Source: Callorhinchus milii (Eukaryota). From it: DNA of 64,000 bases. Numbering within the stretch: position 1 is the first letter of the stretch; each line of letters starts with the position of its first letter. Where the stretch lies: positions 9,860,001 through 9,924,000 of the forward strand of contig NW_024704742.1 in NCBI RefSeq assembly GCF_018977255.1, written 5' to 3'. A program made the translations under genes and the position numbers. The notes beneath the pieces are model-generated. The model saw only the letters and a list, made by a program, of their open reading frames with translations. It was not told where the DNA came from and did not search any database. Shown here piece after piece: positions 1-11,895 of this stretch.

Positions 1-259
1 TATTTCAACTCTTAAGAAGTCACCACTAGGGGCTTTGAATATGACCAAATTAATTTTCCATTCATAGAAACAGGAATAGGCCATTCAGCCTCTCAAACCT
101 GCTCTGCGATTCTATAAGATCATGGTTGATTTGTACCTCAAGTTCAATTACCCACCGTTGCCCTGTATCCCTTAGTATTCTGATCTAACAAATAGATAGG
201 TTCCTTGATAGAGGAAGCAGTTAATTAAACAGGAAAAGGGGAGAAGACTAAAGACTCAC

Positions 260-453
260 TTTTCTTCCCATCCATGTCTGCGTGGATTTTTCGAGAGAGG
301 AACCCTGTTTTGTATGTTTTAGCATTGGGATCCCGGGGAATGTCCAGGAAAGGGTTGCTGCTGGAGCCAATCCGATTGCTGGTCCTGGATCCTGCACTAT
401 CCGTTTTATCATTTGCCAGTTCGGAGAGAGACTTTCTCAACTCTTCTTCATTT
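260..453 (-). CDS. PSD3: PSD3 exon (194 nt), linker and start of PH domain: NEEELRKSLSELANDKTDSAGSRTSNRIGSSSNPFLDIPRDPNAKTYKTGFLSRKIHADMDGKK
   Basis: ttgcctttcag acceptor and gtgagt donor. RIG...NPFLDIP.DPNA..YK.GFL.RKIHADMDGKK fits PSD3 better than PSD or PSD2 as I recall them. Confidence 0.93.
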
Positions 454-1078
454 CTGAAAGGCAAAGGAAGAAAATTAAATTCAAACCACGAGAGTAGTGA
501 ACTGCATCAACACAAATTCCTTGCTCCTATTCTTTGTTCACCTACAAATACAATAAAATCCTGTGAAGTGCCTTGATAAATCTCGAAGACATCTCTATCG
601 AATGCCAAAATTATTATATTAAATGCGCACTTTTTCCCCCACATCATTTCAATTTAATTGCCACAGATTCTCAAACGGTTCAGCAAGTCATTACACTTTA
701 CTGAGACCCAGTGCTGTCCTAGGTCAAAATATCAGCTGGAAACAAGATACACAGATTTATTCAAAGTTATTATTCACTAATGATTGATCAAGATGAAGCA
801 GAATTAAGCGAAGGGCAGCCCCAATGGTGTTATGGATTGTGCTGCTCTTTACAGACCAGCTCACTATCACAACAACAACAACAACGTGCATTTATATAGT
901 GCCCCTCACTCAGGGTAGAGTCCCAGAGCACCAGTTTGAATCCTGGTCTGCACTGTGTTTGCTGGTCTCAGCCAGGGCTCCAGGGCTGCATTGAGATACA
1001 ATGTTGGCCCCAGCCTTCTTACAGTTAAGGAAGGGATAACCATCCAAAGATCCTGCTTCACATCCCTATTCAACCTTT

Positions 1079-1622
1079 ACTGCTGAATGCGGGGATTTTT
1101 TCTCACTCAGCTCTAGTTAAGCTTACAAGCCGAAGCCCTAACAAGTAGGGTGGTCTAAGTTGGATGAGCAGTGGGAGGCTTGCAGTGTCCTCAATGGCAT
1201 TCCTATGTGGTTTTAAGTGGCACCATGATTCCCTGTACTGCTTTTACTGACGGGGAGTGCCTGTGGTAGCCGGGTAGAGGGTTGACTGTAGACATGATTA
1301 TGAGATTCCAACCCAGACTGAAAGTACCACATATGTACATGGGAATTTCTCTAGTCTGGAATGAAAAGTGCACTCTCGCTGGGGAACCCTGCTTACCAAA
1401 TTTCAAAAGGATATTAAATGCAAGTTGGCAAGAGCCAAGGCTTGGTGACCCCAAAGTGTGCATTGGGGTACTTCTGGAGTTTAAAATCTGAAGCCGCATA
1501 GCTTGCCATTGAGAGCAATGTCTGGCCAGATTTCAACTGTTCATCCAACTAGGATCATCCTACTTATTAGGGCTTCGGCTAGGAAGGGTAGCTGAGTGGG
1601 ACAAATGCCAGTGTTCAGCGGT
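1079..1622. mobile_element. MITE-like non-autonomous DNA element with ~140-bp imperfect terminal inverted repeats
   Basis: 1079-1217 is the reverse complement of 1488-1622 (e.g. agccgaagccctaacaagtagg / cctacttattagggcttcggct). A partial second copy lies at ~39960-40333. Confidence 0.75.
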
Positions 1623-1954
1623 GCCCTGGATGAAGTACTGTGAACCCACCCAGCTCAGGAACTGGGCTACTGAGACCACCATCGAGTGGGTTGGCTTGAT
1701 CCCGACATTCCTTTAACATTCGAGCTCCAAGAAGACCCCACTTATAACTGCCAACACTCCCTGTTAAGGCTTATACATGAACAATGGCCACTAGGAAGGC
1801 AACCAGCGCCTGTGGAACAAGGGCAAGAGGAGGCTTGACCAGGAGCAGAGAGGCATATGGCAGAGGGAAGACAATTAGAGAAGAACAAAATTACAGACAT
1901 TGTTTCTTTTTAAATACTCAAGCCAAAAAATCAGGAGTCAATCCCGCTGAACGT

Positions 1955-2505
1955 CAGCATGACCGAGGCCCTCCGGAATGGCTCGCGCCAGCTCCTCCGT
2001 ATCTCAGGCGCTGGCAGCATCAGCATCCATGGCTGCACACTCAACCTCACTAAGCCAGTCAGGAAACTAGGTATCTTGTTTGACCCTGAACTGTCCTTTC
2101 TCCCCCACATCCATGCCATGACCGGCACTGCCTACCACCACCTCCGCAACATTGCCAGACTCCGCCACTGCCTCACCCCTCAGGCTGCCGAAACCCTCAC
2201 CCACGCATTCATCACATCAAGGCTCGATTATGGAAATCCACTCTTCATCGGCCTTCCGAACGCTTTCCTTCACAAGTTGCAGATCATCCAAAACTCTGCA
2301 GCTTGTGTACTCTTGCACACCAGGCTTTGTGACCCCATCACTCACACCATCGCCCGACTCCACTGGCTCGCCATCCCTCAGAGGATCGAATGCAAGATTC
2401 TCGTCCTCACTTTCAAGGCCATCCATGGCCTTACCCCTCCTACCTCTCTGACCTTCTGACTCCCTACCAACCTGCCCGCTCCCTCCGTTTAGTGGGCTCC
2501 AGCCT
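1955..2505 (+). mobile_element. L2-clade LINE fragment (ORF2 C-terminus)
   Basis: VRKLGILFDPELSFLPHI...[13 protein letters not shown]...[11 protein letters not shown]...LHWL, typical of L2 ORF2. Confidence 0.9.
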
Positions 2506-3213
2506 TGTTATATATGGTATTATATAGTCCTTACTATATTATATAGTCCTTATCATCGGACCATAAATAGATATTTGATCCAATTACTCTCCCTTATAAA
2601 ACAATACTTTTTCAGCACATTTTTTTAATCACATGGAGGTGGCAATAAGCATTTGCCACAATAATAATATTTTGAAATGAAAGAGTCCACTGAGATGTTT
2701 GTAGCCTAGTTAGTAGTCTTGGTTTGGGAAGCCTGGATTTCTGATGGCTAGATATGTTGCATTCAAACTATATTGCTTGGTTTGTGACAGTAAGACCGTT
2801 AGTTTAGAGAGGATTCATTGTAGGCTTTGGGACTTAGAAGATTTAGATTTTGTTCTATTCTGCGCACGATTTGATAGTGCTATAAATCACAAAACATACA
2901 TTCTGGGTGACTGTTAAATTTAACAGCAGATTTCTGATTTAACACAAGAAGCTTTAGGCTACTGGCACTGTGTTATGCGCACTCATCATTCACCTCTGGG
3001 ATCTGGATCCAGATCAGACTGAGAGGATGAATGTAGTACATGATGATAAGGATCTTGCATGAAATAATACAAAGCAATGGAAAGCCAGTTTCATGGGTTC
3101 ACAGCACAAAACGGCACAGGATTCAGGACTAATATGCATTTGCCACTGCTTGCCACAATCATTCAGTGAATTTGCACTTGTGTGTTCCCCACCCACCATC
3201 GTAGAGTCCCACT

Positions 3214-3597
3214 GGAATCCTGTAGCTTAGTGGTAAGAACACTCGCCTCACAAGCGAGAGGACTTGGGTTCGACTGCTGGGCAGGATGAAACCTTAGGAA
3301 AGTTTCTTTACTCCACAAGCCTATTTACCTAGCAGTAAGTAAGTAGGAATCGGGTTGTTAGTTGATTGGCGGATTGCTTTCTGGGGGTAATAATAATCCC
3401 TTTTAAAGAAAATAATAATTTGGTCATTCAATCCATGACTGTTTGTGGGAGGGACTCTGTTGTGCTCAATTGGCTGCTGTGTTTTGCCCACAAAATATTA
3501 CAGTCAACTTACTTTACAGTATATTCTGTGAAGCACTTTGAGACATCTCGAAGAAATGATAAGGCGCTGTATCAAATGCAAGGAGTATTATTATAAT
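3214..3597 (+). mobile_element. Full-length tRNA-headed DeuSINE-like element (long form)
   Basis: tRNA-like head with A/B boxes, core tgtggga..ctg.tgtgc.caattggctgc, L2-type tail ending (ATT)n. Confidence 0.88.
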
Positions 3598-4024
3598 AGG
3601 CACTCTGCACTAGAAAGCCCAATGATGGGGGCTTCAATGGACAAATGAAAATGTGAGTAGGAGTCCTCTTATGAGATTGTTTTCCACAAAATAAAGAGGG
3701 CTTCTAACAGTACTGTTTCTGTACTAGGAGTCAATGATATGTTCTTTGGGTGTCTAAAATGGTAAAGTGTTCCCTTTACCAGCATAATTAGCATGCTGAT
3801 GAAATGTCACCCAATACATTTCAAAACCATATTCAGTCTTTAATGTGTTTCCGATTTTGTTAATTACCTCTGCAGTTATGATGAATACAGTTCTTCTTCT
3901 GACTGAAGCAAATGGCCTTGAGAGCATAGAGACTTATGGTAGAATTATAATTTACTGCTCTCTCCTGAACACCAGTAGATATATTATGCAATACCAGTTG
4001 GCATCACCCCAGGCAACAAATTAC

Positions 4025-4871
4025 AAACATTAATAAACTTGCTGAACGGGTATTTAATTGGCAAATTAATTTCATTATAGATAAGTGTGAGGTGGTACAT
4101 TTTGGTCAGAGGAATAAGGAGGTCACATACTGCCTGGAAAATAAGAATCTAAATGGGGTAGAGGAGCAAAGGGATCTAGAGGTACAGATACACAAATCGC
4201 TAAAAGTAGCGACTTTTGCAGGTTAATAAGGCCATAAAAAAACAAGCGTTGGGGGTCATTTCTAGAGGAGATGTAAAGCAGGGAAATTATGCTGAACTTA
4301 TGTCGAAGCTTGGTTAGACCACACTTGGGAGTACTGTGTACAGTTCTGGTCCCCATAGTACAGAAAGAATATAGAGCCACTGGAGAATGTGCAAAGGAGA
4401 TTTATAAGGATGATTCAGGAACTGCAAGGTTATACCTATCAGGAAAGGCTGAACATGCTTGGACTCTCATCTCTTGAAAAGAGAAGGGTGAGTGGTGACC
4501 TAATAGAGGTCTTTAAAATTATGAAAGGTTTTGATAGGATAGCCATAGAGAAGATGTGGGGAGACCAAAACCAGGGGGCATCAATATAAAATAGTCAGCA
4601 ATAAATCAAATAGGGAAGTCAGAAGAAACTTCTTTACCCAGAAAGTGGTGGGAATATGGAACCTGCTACCACAAGGAGTAGTTGAGGCAAATAGCATAGA
4701 TGCATTTAAGGGGAAGCTAGATAAGTACATGAGGGAGAAAAGAATAGAAGGTTATGCTAGAAGGCTTAGTTGAGGAAGGGCAGGAGGAGGCTCATGTGGA
4801 GTATAAATGCTGGCATAGACCAGTTGGGCCGAATGGCCTGTTTTTTTGCTGTATATTCTATGTAATTCTAT
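4025..4871 (+). mobile_element. CR1 LINE 3' fragment
   Basis: SLVRPHL..., RRFIRMIQELQGYTYQERLNMLGLSSLEKRR.GDLIEVFKIMKG, and 3' end gggccgaatggcctg...attctat repeats. Confidence 0.92.
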
Positions 4872-4874
4872 CAA

Positions 4875-5412
4875 CCTCCATCCTATCCTAATGCCTCGCA
4901 GGTTACCCACAGCTTGCCCCCAGTGTATCCACTATTCAAAAGATCCAACTCATTCAGAACTCTGCCGCCTGCATATTTACCCAGACCAAACTCTGTACCC
5001 ACATCTCACCAGTTCTGGCCAGACTCCACTGGTTCCCCATCACCAAACGGATCAACTTCAAGATCCTCACTCTCGTGTTCAAATCTCTTCACTCTCTGGC
5101 ACCTCCCTACCTCTCAGACCTCCTCACTCTCCAATCCACTACTCTGCGCCTCCACTCGACTGGCACCAGCCTCCTGCTCATCACTCGCACTCTCCACCCC
5201 ATCTTTGGAGGTCGTGCTTTCAGCCACTATGCCCCAAAACTCTGGAATACCCTCCCTCAATCTCTCCGCCTTGCCCCCTCTCTCCCTTTTTCAAGTCCCA
5301 CCTGAAAACCTTCCTCCCCACCCCCGGCTCGATGTCAGGCTCCGCCACTGTTAAGCACTCTGAGCTGCTAATCTGCATGGAGGGTGCTTTATAAGAGCAA
5401 GTTGTTGTTGTT
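4875..5412 (+). mobile_element. L2 LINE 3' fragment (tail type B)
   Basis: FKSLHSLAPPYLSDLL...GGRAFSHYAPKLWNTLP, ending in (GTT)n. Confidence 0.88.
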
Positions 5413-5907
5413 GTATGCATCAAATTTCATCTTAAATGCATTGATGCTTTCTGTTTCAACCACAGCTTCTGGAAATGGCTTTGCATCACCCTCCATGTAA
5501 AGAAGTCCTACAACTCTGTTATAGATCTGTTTTGGGTCATAATATATATCCTCCTTGTTATCTTGCTATGGACTCACCAACAAGTAGAAACATTCTATTA
5601 ATGTTTACTGAGCAACTTGATACATCCTCCCGATGTGAAAGGCACTATATAACGCCTTGGGATGTCCTCCCGACGTGAAAAGCACTATACAAATGTAATC
5701 ATGTTGTTGTTGTTGTAAACATAAATGTGCATTGTATGGATTGACCCCTCTAATTTTAAACACCCCTATCAGATAATCTCAATTGTAGTATATCCAGGGG
5801 CAAAAGCTCTAGTCCAGTCTTTCCGGATAATTGTATTCTCTTAACGATTAAAACATTCTTATAAATCTATGCTGTACTCTCTTCAACATCAACAACTTGC
5901 ACTTATA

Positions 5908-6227
5908 TAATAATAATAATAATCCTTGCATTTGATATAGCGCTTTTCACGTCGGGAGGACGTCCCAAAGTGCTTCACAGAACACACTGTAAAGTGAATT
6001 GACTGTATATTTGTGGGCGAACGCGGCAGCCAATTGCGCACAGCAATGTCCCACAAACAGTCGTAGATTGAAAATGACCAATTTATTATTGTTTTTGGTT
6101 TTGAAGGGATTATTATTAGGCTCTGTGTGGAGTAAGGAAACTTGCCCAAGGTTTCGCCCTGCCTGGAATTGAACTCAGGTTTCTCGCTTGCAAAGCAAGT
6201 GCTCTAACCACTGAGCTACAGGACTCC
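5908..6227 (-). mobile_element. Young tRNA-headed SINE (short subfamily), nested in an L2 tail remnant
   Basis: Near-identical to 41848-42165 and 45250-45575. The interrupted tail reads ...cttgcacttatata [SINE] atatagcaccc. Confidence 0.92.
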
Positions 6228-6274
6228 ACATATAGCACCCTTCACACAGGACAGAGTCTCAGATCACTTAATTA

Positions 6275-7000
6275 CCACAATATCCTTCTTGTAGAACGGT
6301 GACCAGAACTACACAGTTTCCAAATGTGGCTAAGTAAGGTCTTATACAAATGTAACATTACTTCCTTGCATTTATATTCTTTTCCTCTGGACATAAAGCC
6401 TAGGACTCCATCTGCATTCTTCATGACTTGATCCATCTGGATCCTGGGCTGGGCGAAACCTTAGGCAAATTTCCGTACTCCCCACTGTTTACCTAGCAGT
6501 AAGTTGGAACCCGGTTGTTAGTTGATTGGTGGATCGCTTTTCTGGTAATAATCCCTCAAAAAAAAATTTGGGCATTCAACCCATGTCTGTTATGCAAAAT
6601 TAGCTGCCACGTTCACCCACAAAACACAGTCAATTCACTGTACAGTATATTCTGTGAAGTGCTTTGAGACGTCTCAATGATGTGATAAGGTGCTATATCA
6701 ATTGCAAGGATTACTATTATAATTATTATCTGTGCTGCTACTTTCAGAGATTTATTAATCTGTATCCCCAGATCCCTCTGTTTTCCTGCATCTTTTGCAG
6801 TCTTCTTCATTGATCACCATACTCTCAGTTTGGTCTCATCTGTTAAGAATTGATACTTTACTTCCTATAATCTCAGTAAAAGTCACTTATGTACATAGTA
6901 AACAGTAGTAGCCCTAACATGGATCCCTGCGCTTGCCCCACTTCCTATTTCTTGCCAGTCTGAGAAGCTGTTCTCTACTCTTTGTTGAGGTAAAGCATTG
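6275..7000 (-). mobile_element. Degraded CR1 fragment containing a plus-strand SINE (~6445-6728)
   Basis: gaccagaactacacagtttccaaatgtggctaa and cccagatccctctg are reverse-strand CR1 motifs on both sides of the SINE. Confidence 0.7.
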
Positions 7001-8644
7001 TTGTGAATTTAAACTGAAAATCTAACTATTGTATTACTAGAATCTCCTGCTTCATATGTAACAGCCTTTATCAAATCCTTCCCAGAATGAATAATGGGAG
7101 ATTTGCAGGAAATGTGTCAACAAATTGATACAGTTCAAGTCACAGATCACAACAACTATGATCCAATTCAACACAACTTCAATGCAGCCATTAATTACCC
7201 TTTAATTGCCAAACTGTGACCTTTAGTTAAAAATAAAACTCCCACCAATTCCAATTAAATCTAACTATTCAGGACAGACCTGCTTTTAAATCCAATTGAA
7301 CTATGTCAGAATCGTGTTCCTCTGTTCTCTTCTTAATCTCAGAACCGATTCCATATTTACACATTGTGAGCTTTAAAAACTGGGGAGGGACAGGGTTTAA
7401 CACAATACCGTAAAATGTGATTGCAAAAGAGTTGTGAAACTTCAATAACTTGGACTAAATCTGTCAATTTGTTTTAGGAATTTAGCACAAATAAAATACT
7501 AAAAAGGTGAATTTTTTAATGTCTTGTTATTTATAGCCTTTAATAAGTTTAGTATAATGGAATAAAAAATGCAATGCAATTTAATCTCTTTGCATGTGTC
7601 AGATGATTGACAATCAATGTATAAGGCAATCAAAAAAAGCTGTGCTGCAGACTCAAACTCAAAAAAAGCAGAGACCCGATTTAATTATTTGACCCAAGAG
7701 AGTCATGGAAATGTGGAATAGACTACCCAAGGATGTGCCAGAGGCAGATTGTGTCAACAAATTCGAGAAGAAATCAAGTACTTAGTTACTCTATTTGACA
7801 TACATTAATTAAGGATAAGAGTGCAGCTTTTTGTTATAGCAATTCTTTTTTGGTTTGGGACAGATGAACTGCAATCGTCTATTTTTGGTCCTCTACATTC
7901 TTAAGCGTCTCGCGCTCAGCTTTCAAGGAAATCTGAAGTGTTTCAAACTCAAAAGTGGTAAAAACAAACAGTTACAATGTAGGAAATGACATTTTATGCT
8001 TTACAGTAAGCATACGTCCAAGTAATTTGACGTTTTGCTGTAAAACTGTTCCAAAAGGCTTTGCAATCAAACTGGCATTTTCAGAATAGCCGAGCAGATT
8101 TATTGCATTGGAAGGGCTCATTCCTCTTCACAACTAACGGGAATGAGCTTCTTCACCTGTCCACTTTAGTGATAAACTTTCATATTTAAAAAAAGGGCAG
8201 GTTGCTCTGTGGTGGATTAATTAGGTCTACACAACACTCCAATAAATACTGTTCTATCATAAAACATTTATAATTATTATTGAATTGGAAAATAGGGAGT
8301 TTGTTTTTAAGTTAATGTAAAACGAAAATACAATCCGTTTTTGTAAACACTGAACATCAACAAAACAAAGAGCAAGGGAATTGCTGCATGTTCTTCTGGT
8401 CAATATGTTATCAGAAAACATAACTTACGTGAATAAATATTTTAGTATGTTGAATTAAGGCGGTGTAGAATTCAGCACCGAGGTACTATGGTCATTCATC
8501 ATTACACAGCTCTGGAATGTTGCCCTTTACTACTTCTGACGAATACAGCACTCATCACAAAGTCTTTGTCCTAAACTGGAGATTGACTGTCACACTAGAG
8601 AGATGGCAGCCTGACAGCTACTTCAGGCACATTGGAACATCTTT

Positions 8645-8707
8645 TATAATATAATATAATATAATATAATATAATATAATATAATATAATATAATATAAT
8701 ATAATAA
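8645..8707. repeat. (ATAAT)n microsatellite expanded from a SINE tail
   Basis: About 12 perfect pentamer units, directly adjoining a minus-strand SINE 3' end (8708-8880). Confidence 0.95.
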
Positions 8708-11575
8708 TCGTTGCATTTGAAATAATGCCTTATCATCAAAATGTCTCAATATCCCTCAAAGGATTTACCATAGTGTGCGCTGATTGTATTTTGTAGACGA
8801 ATCTTGCAGTCAATGTGTGTACTGAATTGTCCCACAAACCACCATAACCAATTTTATCCAGGTGACTGTTAGCCAGTACTCCGGACAAACTATCTGCAAT
8901 GAGAATGCTGCCAACTGCACCAAATTAACACCCTTGGAGTGGAAAGGCAGAGACAGGTTGGAGATGGGAGTGATAGTGAGAGTTTGAAGGACTCAGGGCA
9001 GTTTGTTAACATTTAGCAAAATGATAAGACAAATGTTAAAGCACTAATACTCACCTCCTACTTTTCTACCGAGGGGAAAAGAGAAATATTTTGAAATAAT
9101 CCGCCTAGGTTGCCACTTATTTGAAACCTCCCTTTAGGGCAATATTAATGTATAAAACGCTTTCAGTTTATGGGTCTCATTAATCAAGCAATGCAGATTT
9201 TTATGCAGTCCTAATGTACCAAATCATTCACAATGCACCAGCATTTTGCTTGGCAGCAAACACACTCTAATATAATGAATATAATAATCGTTACACTTGG
9301 TATAGAGAAGGACTTGCTGGCAAGCTGTAAGGCACAGGTGTATTTCTTTACAATAGCAAATGACAGCGGACGCATTGTCACTCTGCTGCAACATAGAAAA
9401 ACGCATACAATAAGAATTCTTGTATTCAATATAGTGCCTTATCACGTCCACAAGATGTCTGAAAGCGCTTCAAAGATATACTGTAAAGTGTAGTGACTTT
9501 AGTTGTAAGCAATCCCAGTAGCCAATTTGCTCATAGCAATAACCCATAAATAGTCACTGAAGCTGCCATTCTTTGCCCTGCAATGCTTCTGCATCACTGT
9601 ATTGGAGTGTCAGGAGCTCAAATCCCTGGGTTATGTGGGGCTTGAAGCCACAACTTTCTGACTCTGAGGCAAGAGTGCTAACAACTGACCCAAGCTGACA
9701 CCTATAGCTGGACAATCAGGTCTTCAGCACGCAGTGATCCAAATTATGAGTGAAATTTATCCTAACATGACTTGCATTTGGCTATTTTGCGATATTTGCA
9801 AAATAATTTGGAAATCCTGACTCCTGCACTTTGCAGAAGTTCCCTCTCAACACCGATTTCACTTTCAACTTCCGAGACCCTAAATTCCACCTTCTGTCTT
9901 AAAATGTAAACATTAAACTTCTTAGTTTCAGAAATAATTCTGAAGACATTTTCTTTTTAAGAACTGTAGAAAATTGGCTTCCCAAGTAAGACTGGATTGA
10001 AGAATTTTTCCATAATTTTGTGGCAACCATTTGCAAATTGCACAAATTAGGCTCTCCAGTTATTTTTAATCAGGCAAAAAAGATCCCCGAAAGAGACAGG
10101 CATCATTTTAATAATAATCCTTGCATTTGATATAGAACCTTATCATGTCTTTGAAATGTCTCAAAACTCTTCACAGAATACACTGTAAAGGGTATTGACT
10201 GTGTGGGTGAAACGTGGCAGCCAATTGCACACAGCAATGTCCCACAAACTGTTGTGGATTGACTGAACAATTATTTTGATTTGTTTGTTTTTTTAGGCGC
10301 AAGGTTCCATGACTTGGTGAACCCCTATTTATAACAACCCCATTTAATGCACGTCCAGTTTAGCACAGGGCTGCATATAGCAGTGTGTTATAGGGTTGGA
10401 TGTAAGACCAAGAGGGTTCAGGGGTAATGTAATGGCATCTTCAGGAATATGTTATAATGATGCATTAACATGAACAAAGTCACCCCTATGTGTGTAATGT
10501 TATTGCTTTCCAACTATCATTTAATTCCTCGTGCAGCCTTTTCCACTGCTGTGAATATTTGCTCCTTCACTCTTCCCTTCCTCCTATAATTCATAGCCTT
10601 TAAAACCGACTTTGGGGTTACTGGTTCATTACTATTTGATTTATTCCACCTTCTCTCCTCAATTCAGTGTTAGTGCTGTCCCTCATTATAGCACTCGGTT
10701 CTTAACCTTAGTTTCTCAAATTATTTTTTATATGTAAAAACGGCAGTCACACTAAAGAAAGAAAATCAGAGAAAATAATCTTACGGAAGTACTCTAGTTC
10801 CAAAACAATAACAACAACAAATTGCATTTATATTGCGTTCACGTCAGGAAGCCAAAAGGGTATAGATAATAAATATTAAATAATAATCTTTGTATTTGGT
10901 ATAGTGTCTATAGCATTGAAACGTCCCAAAGCACTTCACAGGAAATTGCTGTCAAGTGTAATGTTTTCGTATTTGCTGGCTAACATGGCACCCAAATTTG
11001 TGCACAGCAAAAACACTCTTTCTAAATTAATGATTTTTCACAATTCCGCACTCTCTTACGTTTTCAGACAATGGTCATGAGGCTAAGACCACAACAAACG
11101 ATAAGCTTTGGGTCTTCATGCGGAGACAAGTTACCTGGTAATGAGCCAGAAACAAGATACTTTAGTTACAACATGATCACGATAGGGCATCAGGTAAAAA
11201 AGGCCCTTTGGCTATTTGATCTTATCATTCCAAAATATCTATCCTACAGCCTTCCCATAACAACATCAAGCTGTTTATAATAATAATCCTTGCATTTGTT
11301 ATAGTGTCTTATCACGTCTTTGAGACGTCTCAAATCATTTTGCAGAATATACTGTAAAGTGAATTGACTGTGTATTTTGTGGACAAAAACACGGCAGCCA
11401 ATTGTGCACAGCAGTGCCCCACAAACAGTTGTGTTTCTTAAATGTGACCATCGTCCCAGCCTCAAGCACCTTCCTTGTAACCGTTGACAGCCCTACATTA
11501 CCACGGAGGAAGCGTTATCCCAAATGTTATCCTAAACATCGTATTTGATTATTAACTCATCATTGGCTTCATTGG

Positions 11576-11895
11576 GGAGTCCTGTAGCTCAGCGGTTAGA
11601 GCACTCGCCTTGCAAGCGAGACACCTGGGTTCAACTCCCGGCAGGGCGAAACCTTGGGCAAGTTTCCTTACTCCACACGCCTAATAATAATCCCTGCAAA
11701 ACAGAAAACAATAATAAATTGGTCATTTTCAATCCCACTGTTTGTGGGATACTGCTGTGCGCAATTGGCTGCTGAGTTTCGCCCACAAATATACAGTGAA
11801 TTCACTTTACAGTATATTCTGTGAAGCACTTTGAGACGTCGAGAAGACGTGAAAAGCGCTGTATCAAATGCAAGGATTATTATTATTATTATTAT
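11576..11895 (+). mobile_element. tRNA-headed SINE (short form) whose head folds as a near-complete cloverleaf
   Basis: A box TAGCTCAGCGG, B box GGTTCAACTCC, DeuSINE-like core and (ATT)n tail. Confidence 0.92.

Noticed and set aside
11578..11649. Bona fide tRNA-Ala(TGC) gene
   Set aside because: It continues directly into the SINE body with no poly-T terminator, has a 1:72 mismatch and lacks G3:U70.
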